Source: Cetorhinus maximus (lineage: Eukaryota). From it: a stretch of DNA of 64,000 nt. Where the stretch lies: contig NC_135890.1 of NCBI RefSeq assembly GCF_964194155.1, positions 91,574,001-91,638,000 of the forward strand, read 5' to 3'. The first letter of the stretch is position 1; each line of letters opens with the position of its first letter. The translations under genes were made by a program, and so were the position numbers. Shown in pieces: positions 13,091-23,242 of the stretch. Under the pieces are notes generated by a model that saw only the letters and a list, made by a program, of their open reading frames with translations, was not told where the DNA came from and made no database searches.

Positions 13091-13757
13091 AAGAGTAAGC
13101 ACCAGGTGAGTTCTAGTTTCAGGTACAGAATCAATAGTCTCACTAGCTCAGATACAACATGAAAGGATAGATTTTGCTTATCAATCTAGATTTGTACCTT
13201 TTTTAAAGAGTTTTTAATTAAACACACTGCTTTCACTTTGAACCAATGGAATTTTCTTATAAACCCAGTCTTAATCCTCTGTGATCTTTAGACAATGAAT
13301 CCTAAACATGATTTTTAACCAATGTTGCATTACAATGCAAATATATAAAATATCACAGCAATATATCAAAAAGTGAAGTCAAAGTAACAATGAAATGGTC
13401 CCTGTGATCCTGCTGTACAAACACATATTTCTTTTTACCAAAAAATGCAAAGTAACAGTAGCTTCCAGGGCACTTGTTTAAAACTAACCAAGTAGCAGTT
13501 ACAAAACACACATACAAGCCATTCTCTGTAAATACATAAGAGCAACTGCTTAAAAAATTCTGACGGAGAAAAGCAACATGGAGCTTCCATCAAGGATATT
13601 TAACACTTGTCAAACTCTTAAAAAAAATTATTTACATTTCAGTACGGCTCATCAGAATCCTTAACCAGATGCGTAAAGATGCAAATGGTTTCTGTAAAGG
13701 CAGTTCACATTTTTTCTAGATGTTCAGCAGTTTAATAACATATGCTGTAATCACAGG

Positions 13758-13947
13758 TTACTTTCTCAACAGCATCTTTGCAAAGTCTGCATTGGTCATC
13801 TTTTTGGTCTCTTCCATTATAGAGGAATCACCTTTCGAGTTGCCATCCTGATCCCTCAATGTACCATTTTCAGTATTTGCTTCAGATACAGGCAAGCGCT
13901 GTAATGCACGAGGTATAAGTGCAAGTTGTGTCCGACCTTTGCCTCTC
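13758..13947 (-). CDS. SART3: SART3 exon 19 (last; LSm-interaction motif)
   Basis: ttctag|G AGA GGC AAA GGT = RGKGRTQLALIPRALQR...KMTNADFAKMLLRK*. TAA at 13758-13760. Confidence 0.93.
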
Positions 13948-15212
13948 CTAGAAAAATATCAGGATTCATGAGACAATTCACATGGATCAACATGCAGTCC
14001 CAAACTTGCTGACTATTTAGCAAGTTCTGGATACTCATTTTCATTCTCAAGCCCTATTTAAAGGATTCTTGACTTTATCCACACTTATTTTAGTTTAATG
14101 TATTTATGTCAACGTTCCAATTCAGTCACCCACATGTTATATTAGCTCCCACTTGGATGGGAACTGTTCTGCCTTTCTAATGATTGTCTACCTGTCCTCT
14201 TCAGTCGTCTCCATTTCCAGTCACTATATTTGACAATTTTTTTCATCCTATTCTCCCACCCATCCAACACTATATCATACTATCATTGAAAATATTTGCT
14301 CTCCCCAACCTCTTTCTAGATAAGTGCACTGACATCAAGGATCTGACCAGAAACTAGCGATAGGTTAAATGCTGTCTTAAGGTCCTTCCCGTCATTAAAA
14401 CTCCCCTAGTTACCCATTCCACCGCATCCCTTGCCCAAACGCCCTCTGCTGGTGACTCTCATTTTCATTCCTATCTGTTCCCTTAAACATCCAGCACTGT
14501 TTAAGAATCTCATTTAAGCTAATCAAACAGTGGCATTTTCCGTTATTGAAATATTATCCCTATTTCATCCTCAGCAATTTCAACCTGCACCAAAACTCAT
14601 ACTGCAACTTGACCATTTATGTCATGGTCACTGTAGACTTCACTCAACCGCCTCCCACACTGATCTTTCCCACACCAAACCTGGCTAAACTAGTCCCTCC
14701 AAGGTTACAATTTACCAACAAGATTAGTTCTCATTTTACCTATAAACATTTCCATACCCAGCTCCAACCTATACTCATTCCACAACAATCCGCAGCTTTT
14801 TCCCTATTACTACTTGGAAAAATAAGTCTAAGATGCAACATCCACCTGCTTAATCCCTTCCTCGTTATTAAATTCTATCCCAATATGCAATACTTTCCTA
14901 ATCTGTATCCTGTTCCTGTATTCATATGTAGGAGAGAGAGAGACAAAATTAAAATTGTTTCAATATGGAATGGTTGAACTCCTAAACTGTAAAAGATCAG
15001 TTTTACAAAGTCAATTATCATTGTTCCTATCTGAATAGAAAAACTGTTGCAATATTCTTTGAAAAGACTCGACTTCAAAATTCACTTTGACATGAGATAT
15101 AATTAGATAGATATATAACTAGAGAGAGAAAAAAACACATTACTGACTAATCATTTGCATTGCTGGTTTTGACACATGCACCTGGTCCCCAATTACAAAT
15201 AGTTGGACATTT

Positions 15213-15356
15213 GAGGTGTCAGCTGTGGCTCAGTTCATAGCACCCTCGCCTTTGAATCAGAAGGTTGTGGGTTCATGTCCCACTCCCGGAAACCAAGAAC
15301 TGTGAATGTACTCGAAAGAATTACATGCGATCTGTTGATAGCTCGAAAGAGTTACA
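15213..15356 (+). mobile_element. Short tRNA-headed SINE, solo copy (same family as the 20035-21105 array)
   Basis: GAGGTGTCAGCTGTGGCTCAGTTCATAGCACC...GGTTCATGTCCCACTCCCGG...CTCGAAAGAGTTACA. Confidence 0.85.
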
Positions 15357-15587
15357 CTGTAACCACCACAAAAGGCAGACTAAATATAACTGACCCACAT
15401 ATGAAACAGGAGCCTGCATTAAAAACAAACACAAAAATGCAACATTTATAAAATATGTTCCTGACTCAGGAGCGATTATTGTCCAAGATGAATTTCTGGA
15501 ATCAGCTTTAGATAGAATTGGTAACCAGGGAGTTGCTTAACTGAATCATAGCTGTTTCAATTTTGTAATAGTTTGATCAGCACTTAC

Positions 15588-15775
15588 GCTCCATACACCT
15601 GCCGAGGGAGCAGAGAGCCAGATGATCTGCTGGTTTCAACCTTGCTAGTCTGTTTCCTCTGCGGAGGATTACTGATGGCCACGCTGATTGTGTGATCTTT
15701 AACCACCTGTCCATCCAACTTAAGCACAGCCTGGGAGGCTTGGGCTTCATTCTCATATTCAGCATATGCCAAACC
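15588..15775 (-). CDS. SART3: SART3 exon 18 (RRM2 C-half)
   Basis: GLAYAEYENEAQASQAVLKLDG...PRQVYGA. AG/GT ends, 188 bp. Confidence 0.95.
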
Positions 15776-16574
15776 CTGAAACAAAAGTCATTTAAATGTT
15801 ATTCAGATTCCAAAAATTAGAAGTAAGTTGAGAATAACTTATTCACATTTAATAGTTGCTAATGCATGGGACAAACACATGTCAATCAAACTGGGTTGAA
15901 ACATTCAGATCCAGAGATTACAAAGCTAGAAATGGTCTTCAGATCCTCTACATGGATTCAAATAACACAAAGCTAAATAGCTTATGGGAGTTTTTATTTC
16001 CTGGTTTGGGGTGGCAGGGCAGGGCAAGGAGGTGGCAGAGTTCAAATTTGTGAGCCTCATTTGGTATGCGAGACTATAGGACAGCTGGTTTGGGGCTAAT
16101 TTTTTGATAGGCATCTTCATGTTGCAATTACTATACTAATAGACTTAATGGTTCTCCAGCACTCAGGCAGAGTGTGCACCTCCTGCCCTGTCAGAAGGAC
16201 ACTACCCTTCCCACAAAGAATTTCAGTATTAGTTTGAAAAGACTGAAGGAACAGGCTGTCTTGTGCATTGAGAGTGACGAAAGTTGAGATTTTAATCTAA
16301 TAAAGGGCAAGTAGTTTTCAGTCAACATGAGAGTTCACAGGAAAACCAACACAAGTCAACTTGGCCAGTGGAATGTGGAGAAGATTCGATTATTGGTAAG
16401 GAAACGCAATTTGATGCTTACAATTTCCAGGCTTATGGACAAGTAGTTCATTGAAATAAATTAACTTTCCAGAGAGGGCAAGTTACTCAAAGTTTATTCA
16501 AAATCTGAAATGTTCTTGCTTCACAGGTGATTGACAAACGCCACCTATTCAATAGGCCACTGTATAAGATGTAC

Positions 16575-16727
16575 CTTTGGCTTTCCAGAGCGATTAGTGA
16601 CGAGACGGATCTCCTTTAGGTTTCCATGCTCTTTGCAGATCTCCTCCAGTTCCTCTTTAGTGCAGGAGAAAGGTAAACCTGAAATAAAGACCTTGTGTTT
16701 CTCTAAGCTGGTGCTGTACTTAAACAC
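16575..16727 (-). CDS. SART3: SART3 exon 17 (RRM2 N-half)
   Basis: VFKYSTSLEKHKVFISGLPFSCTKEEL...TNRSGKPK. 153 bp, phase 0/0. Confidence 0.95.
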
Positions 16728-17050
16728 CTGGAGAAGAAAAAGCACAAAACATTAAGAAAAAAATGGATTTCTTTAAAGCTCTGCTGCTTCTGTTCAATGT
16801 TGTGAATCTTGTAAACACTAGTGCCTCATTACTGCCTTCCACTATCTGGGAAAGATTTGCAAAATAGTGGATACCAGAAAAATTAGATTATAAGGAGATA
16901 TGACAAAGGAAGTGGAGAAATGAGAATACAGTAGAATCAGAAATTTATGGAGGCAACTAGTCAGCACATTGTGTCTGTACTAAAATGACATATCCAGTCT
17001 AATCCTACTTTCCAGCTATTGATCCGTAACCATGAAGGTTGTGGCACTTT

Positions 17051-17466
17051 TCACAGCCAATGAAGTACTTTTGTAGTGTAATCACTGTTGTAATGTAGGA
17101 ACTGCAGCAGCCAATTTTTGCATAGCAAGCTCCCTATGTTTGCTAGGGAGAGCGATGTGATGCGATAATGACTAGATAATCTGTTTATGTTCTGTTGATT
17201 GAGAGATAAATATTGACCAATGCACTGCAGACATCTCCCCTGCTCTTCCTTGAAATACTGCCATGGGATATTGTACATCCACCAGGCAGATTGGGCCTCA
17301 GTTTGATGTCTCATTGGAAAGATGACACCTCCAACAGTGTAACACTCCTCAGTACTGCACTGAAAAGTCAGCCTTGATTTTGGTGCTCAAGCGTGGAAGT
17401 GGGACTTGAATGCAGAACCTTGTGATTCAGAGGTGAGGGTGTTACTAAATGAGCCACGGCTGACAC
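17051..17466 (-). mobile_element. Deu-domain tRNA-SINE inserted into a CR1 3' end
   Basis: tRNA head GTGTCAGCCGTGGCTCA...GGTTCTGCATTCAAGTCCCAC plus Deu core. Flanked by CR1 3' sequence at ~16960-17050 and ~17470-17764. Confidence 0.7.
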
Positions 17467-17872
17467 TATATGGTGATATCCAAGTACTACTTCTCAAATG
17501 CAATGAGGATTTCTGACTCCATCACCCTCTTAAGGCAGTGAGTTCCAGATCCCCACTACCCTCCAGGTAAAAAATAGCCTCTCTCCTCAACTACCCTCTA
17601 ATCTAATTCTACCAATTACTTTAAATCAATGCCCTCCGGTTATTGACCTCTTTAACGAAAGGAAATAGATTATTCTTAACCACTCTCCAGTCCCTCATAA
17701 TTCTGTACAATTAAAATAATTTCAGTTGAATATCCCCTCAGCCTTCTCTGTCCAAAGAAAACAATCATAGACTTGTTATGATACAGAAGGAGGCCATTTG
17801 GCCCATTGTGTATGCACCAGCTCACGAATGAGCATAATGACATAGTGCCATTCTCCTGCCTTCTCCCCATAA

Positions 17873-19205
17873 CCCTGCACACTGTTTCTATTCAAATAAT
17901 CAGCAATGCCCTCGTGAATGCCTCGATTGAACCAGCCTCCACCACACTTCCAGGCAGTACATTCCAGGCACATTGAGAAAGATGAGGGGGATAGTTTGTC
18001 TTTGTTGCAATTACATAGGATGTCATTTGTGACATTAAGAGCCATTTCTGTACTACGGTATCCTTTTCAGCAACATTTCAATTATTAATGCAATGCCAAT
18101 CATCCTTTCTGGTCAAGTAAGGAAACAACTTAAACAGTTCAATCTCACTACTGTGTGTAGCAAATGCTTCTTGGAGATTTGAAAAATTTCAAATTCGTGA
18201 ATCTTTTTTTTGTTCGACTTTTCTTTCTCTCTCTCTCTCTCAATTCAATCTTTTTTGTCCTCTTTTTATTTCCCCACAGACAAATGTTTGTCTGGACATG
18301 AGCACAACTCAAAAGTGCATCGTTTAATCCCCTGAACTTGCCGACCAATTTGTGCATTAATAGTGCCATGCGTCATCAGGTTGCCATTACTTTTCTCGCA
18401 AAATTCAGCCCATTCTTCCCATTCTACAGATTTGAGCACAAAAAAGATCCCATGTCCCCTATTCTTTAAGTAGTGAAATGGGATCTTTTACATCCACCTG
18501 AGGGGGGAGCCGAGGCCACAGTTTAACGTCTAATCCGAAAGACAGCGCCTGCAACAGTGCAGCACTGCCTTAGTTTCTGTACTATATACTATGTATTTCT
18601 ACATCCTGCACTGGAATATTAGCCTAGGTTTTTGTGCTCAAATCTGTAGAAAGGGAAGAATGGGCTGAATTTTGCGAGAAAAGTAATGGCAACCTGATGA
18701 CGCATGGCACTATTAATGCACAAATTGGTCAGCAAATTCAGGGGATTAAGAGATGCACTTTTGAGTTGTGCTCATGTCCAGACAAGCATTTGTCTGTGGA
18801 GAGATAAAGCGAGAACAAGAAAGATTGAATTAAGAGAGAGAGAAAGAAAAGTCGAAGGAGAAAAAAAAAAGATATTCACGAATTTGAAATTTTTCAAATC
18901 TCCAAGAAGCATTTGCTACACACACTAGTGAGATTGAACTGTTCAAGTTGTTTCCTTTCTTGACCAGAAAGGTTGACTGGCATTGCATTAATAATTGAAA
19001 TGTTGCTGAAAAGGATACCGTAGTACAGAAATGGCTCTTAAAGTAACAAATGACATCCTATGTGATTGCGTCAAAGACAAACTATCCCCCCTTATCTTTC
19101 TCAATGTGTCTGGAATGCATTGCCTGGAAGTGTGGTGGAGGCAGGTTCAATCAACGCATTCAAGAGGGCATTGGCTGATTATTTGAAAAGAAACAGTGTG
19201 CAGGG
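17873..19205. repeat. Long inverted repeat: arms ~17873-18445 and ~18629-19205, ~185-bp spacer
   Basis: Arms are reverse complements at roughly 90-95% identity by eye. Mirror ORFs 18148..18369(-) and 18704..18928(+) both begin MALLMHKLV. Confidence 0.95.
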
Positions 19206-19536
19206 ACAACCCCAGTCTATCCAATCCTTCCTCTTAGCTAAAATTCTCCATTCTTCAATGTTACAAAATGTTTAAGGAAACAATGGTTTGTGAGAGGATT
19301 GAAGGAAACATCTCAGAAAAGAACAAGATGAGAGCAGAATTCTATCAGAATTGCACCTCGAGTATCTTGTTCAATATTGTTTTGAACCATATCACAAACA
19401 AGCCAATGGAATTTAGAAATGTAAGTGGACCTGTGATTAAATGGGTCCTTTCACTACAGCCAATTGGAACTTCTTGAAAGAAAAGTCGCACAAAGGAAAA
19501 TATTAAAAATCACAACACAGATACCAAAAGTAGTAC

Positions 19537-19982
19537 CTTAAATTCTGGATTCTTTGCTTTGTCGACACAGGGTGAAACAAACATTGGCCGACCCTCTAAC
19601 TCCTGGCGGTCCAGCCGCAAGGCATCGGTAGCCGCTTTCTCCTCCTCAAACTCCACATAACAATATCCTCGAAAAAGTCCTCTATTACTGTAAACAGGGC
19701 GGATGTCTGCAATCTGACCAAAGCTTTCAAATATCGCCTTCAGCCTCTCCTCGGGATTGGGCATTGAATATGAGAGATTACTGACAAACACAGTCAGGTC
19801 ATCCTTGCTGTTATCGTGGAGAACTTTGTTCCTCGTGGCAGCTACAGCTTTTTGTTTTTGCAATGCTGGAGTCTCTAGGATCTTTGTGTTGTTTTTACGA
19901 CCAAACAGACCACATTCTGTTGACATATCCTCTTCCTCAGCTTCTTCCGGTTCCCCAGCTCGTGACTTTTTACTTGGTTGAT
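19537..19982 (-). CDS. SART3: SART3 exon 16 (RRM1)
   Basis: tttcag|AT CAA CCA...TVFVSNLSY...FRGYCYVEF...RPMFVSPCVDKAKNPEFK|gtacta. 446 bp. Confidence 0.95.
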
Positions 19983-20034
19983 CTGAAATTTAAAGATGAA
20001 TTATTAGAAATTTCCCTCATGGTCATAAATGGAG

Positions 20035-21105
20035 CAGGGAATGGGAAACTCTTTCAAGTTATCAACAGTCACAGATTGCAACTCTTTCGAGTACAATCAC
20101 AGTTCTTGGTTTCCGGGAGTGGGACATGAACCCACAACCCTCTGATTCAAAGGCGAGGGTGCTATGAACTGAGCCACAGCTGACACCTCAGGGAATGGGA
20201 AACTCGAGTTATCAACAGTCACAGATTGCAACTCTTTCGAGTACAATCACAGTTCTTGGTTTCCGGGAGTGGGACGTGAACCCACAACCCTCTGATTCAA
20301 AGGCGAGGGTGCTATGAACTGAGCCACAGCTGACACCTCAGGGAATGGGAAACTCTTTCGAATTATCAACAGTCACAGATTGCAACTTCTTTCGAGTACA
20401 ATCACAGTTCTTGGTTTTTCCAGGAGTGGGACATGAACCCACAACCCTCTGATTCAAAGGCGAGGGTGCTATGAACTGAGCCACAGCTGACACCTCAATG
20501 TGAAACTCTTTCGAGTTATCAACAGTCACAGATTGCAACTCTTTCGAGTACAATCACAGTTCTTGGTTTCCGGGAGTGGGACATGAACCCACAACCCTCT
20601 GATTCAAAGGCGAGGGTGCTATGAACTGAGCCACAGCTGACACAAAATTCTTTCGAGTTATCAACAGTCACAGATTGCAACTCTTTCGAGTACAATCACA
20701 GTTCTTGGTTTCCGGGAGTGGGACATGAACCCACAACCCTCTGATTCAAAGGCGAGGGTGCTATGAACTGAGCCACAGCTGACACCTCAGAGAATGGGAA
20801 ACTCTTTCGAGTTATCAACAGTCACAGATTGCAACTCTTTCGAGTACAATCACAGTTCTTGGTTTCCGGGAGTGGGACATGAACCCACAACCCTCTGATT
20901 CAAAGGTGAGGGTGCTATGAACTGAGCCACAGCTGACACCTCAATATGAAACTCTTTCAAGTTATCAACAGTCACAGATTGCAACTCTTTCGAGTACAAT
21001 CACAGTTCTTGGTTTCCGGGAGTGGAACATGAACCCACAACCCTCTGATTCAAAGGCGAGGGTGCTATGAACTGAGCCACAGCTGACACCTCAGGGAATG
21101 GGAAA
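20035..21105 (-). repeat. Tandem array of 7 x ~150-bp tRNA-derived SINE units
   Basis: Each unit has A-box-like TGGCTCAGTTCAT, B-box-like GGTTCATGTCC and two ACTCGAAAGAGTT motifs. Bounded by direct repeat CAGGGAATGGGAAA (20035-20048, 21092-21105). Confidence 0.95.
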
Positions 21106-21216
21106 GACAAACTGAAGCAACAGAGGTGTTAATGGTTGGTTCATTATGTTATGAAAGATACACAGCTGATGAGCATTGTTTGATTAAGGATTCAGACCAC
21201 ATACAAATAGGTCAGG

Positions 21217-21360
21217 AGGTGTCAGCTGTGGCTCAGTTCATAGCACCCTCGCCTTTGAATCAGAGGGTTGTGGGTTCATGTCCCACTCCCGGAAAACCAA
21301 GAACTGTGAATGTACTCGAAAGAGTTACAATCTGTGACTGTTGATAACTCGAAAGAGTTA
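21217..21360 (+). mobile_element. Short tRNA-headed SINE, solo copy with 15-bp TSD
   Basis: Reverse complement of the array unit, flanked by TACAAATAGGTCAGG at 21202-21216 and 21359-21373. Confidence 0.9.
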
Positions 21361-22279
21361 CAAATAGGTCAGGTGCCCCTTTGCAGGGCTGTTAATTAGT
21401 TTATTAGTGAATTAATTTCACTGTTGTACTCAGAGTATGAAGAGAGTCAGCTAGAACACTGGGTTAGTAGTTAGGAAGCAAAGATCTATAATGCTGCATA
21501 CTGTGAATAAACTTACTAACAAGGAAAAGATCTGTGTCCTCTTCCATACTTCACCATCTGGCTTGGATCTGTTTAACAAGGGGAACAGTCCCATAGCAGA
21601 ATACAAGCCCAGTGGTGGTGAAAAGAAACTAGTGTAAACCAGTGTTAAATCTGTGATTTTGATCTTGATCATCAGCAATCCCACAGCAGCTTCAACTTTT
21701 ACCTAGTTCCTTTAAAACAGCAAGCTTTCCAAGGCACCTCATAGAAGACAAGAGAGATGTATGGGGAAATGGGAGAAGGGTTAGGAGGCTGATGGAGAAA
21801 ATGACACTGATGAGCTCTTCAAAGGAGGACAAGAGCCCCTTACACCTCTTATATCTATCTATCCTTATATACTGTAAAATTAGAACTATTCACAAGCCGA
21901 TAAGAGATTTGAAAAAGATTTTTAAAATAAACTACTACATCCTAACCAACTCTACCTTCTGATTTCCTAAATTGCTGTACTATTTGTGAATACATTATAT
22001 ATTATTTACAGTTGAAGTATCATATATAAAAATGACTAAATCCATCATTTAAAATGGGGATACATCTATGCCCCAGTTTAATTATCCTCGCCCTCTAACC
22101 CTGCTTCACGTGAAGACTACACTTGGCCTTGACTCCATGGGACAGTAAAGAGTAGAAGTCATTAAAAGTAAAAACAAAACATTCTGGAAATACTCAGCAG
22201 GTCTGGCAGCATTTGTGGAGCAAGAAACAGAATTAACGTTTCAGATTGATGACACTTCATCAGATGTCAGTTCTCCTCG

Positions 22280-22620
22280 CAACAGAAAAGATTAACAGGT
22301 GACCTAATAGAAGTTTTGATAGAGTAGATATCTGCTGAGTGGGTCAATAACCATAGATTTAAAATAATTGGCAAAAGACCTAGACAGGAGACAAGAAGAT
22401 TTTTCTCCCTCACACAAAAGATTATAAAAGATCTGGAACACTTTACCTGAAAGGGTGGAGGCAGTTGATTCCATTTATGATTTTAAACGGGAGTTGCACA
22501 GTTATTTGAGGATCACAGACAAAAAGCTGGTGTGTGGAACAAAGTACAACTGCTCTTTCAAGAGCCAGCATGGATACAATGGGCAGATTGACCTCATTCA
22601 GTGCTGTATGATTCTACTCT
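22280..22620 (+). mobile_element. Old CR1 3' fragment
   Basis: TGGAACACTTTACCTGAAAGGGTGGAGGCAG...AAGAGCCAGCATGGATACAATGGGC CR1 terminal pattern. Confidence 0.6.
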
Positions 22621-23082
22621 ACGAAATCTGCTACTAATTGAGTAGTGAGAGTATGGTCGGTCATATTTTTCTGGGTGCAGGAGTAAATCAGGGAGTATCT
22701 GAAATTAGAAAATTCTGTTCTAGCCAGGTCCTGTTGAGTGGTTAGTCAGCCAGTACTAAATTTCCCAGCCTCAGATACCCAATTGAAATTATGTCAATCC
22801 ACTTAAATATAAATATTGAAATAACTAACCTATTGACCTAAAAGAACATATAGCTGTAAACTGAGCTTTGTGGTTCATTTAATACAGCAGCAATTCTCCA
22901 TAAGGCTGAAAGAATGAAAGCTTAAACTTTCCCCATGTTAGAACACAGTAGTTTAAAAACAAACTTTTGCCCTAATTACTGACGCACTCTACGAGATATC
23001 CCCTTGTTAAAATATTGGCACACATGGGATAGGTCTCACTCATTAACTACATGAGTTACAATCTTTTCACAGGGTGTCATAC

Positions 23083-23242
23083 CAATTTGGGTGCCCCATT
23101 CCTCTTCATCAGCTTTGCGTTTGTCTCCAGGTAATGCCTGTTTCTGGGCCTTTTTCGCAGCTTTCTTTTCAGATCTATCTTTCTTCCGCTGCATATTTTT
23201 CTCCTCTTCCTGTTTTGTCAGCAGGGCTTCCTTTGCTGCAGC
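23083..23242 (-). CDS. SART3: SART3 exon 15 (basic, NLS-like region)
   Basis: AAAKEALLTKQEEEK...GDKRKADEEEWG. 160 bp, ends phase 1. Confidence 0.92.

Noticed and set aside
18148-18928. Duplicated small-protein genes (MALLMHKLV...)
   Set aside because: Mirror ORFs from the inverted repeat, spanning an (AG)n microsatellite with indels. No splice or homology support.
20035-21105. CRISPR array, tRNA gene cluster or hammerhead retrozyme
   Set aside because: No unique spacers and no cas genes, in a eukaryotic intron. The tRNA-like part has a degenerate A box and a SINE tail. CTGTTGA...GAAA does not fit the CUGANGA core or helix II geometry.
21540-21580. Possible SART3 microexon
   Set aside because: Exons 15 and 16 already join in phase, and the candidate donors would shift the frame.
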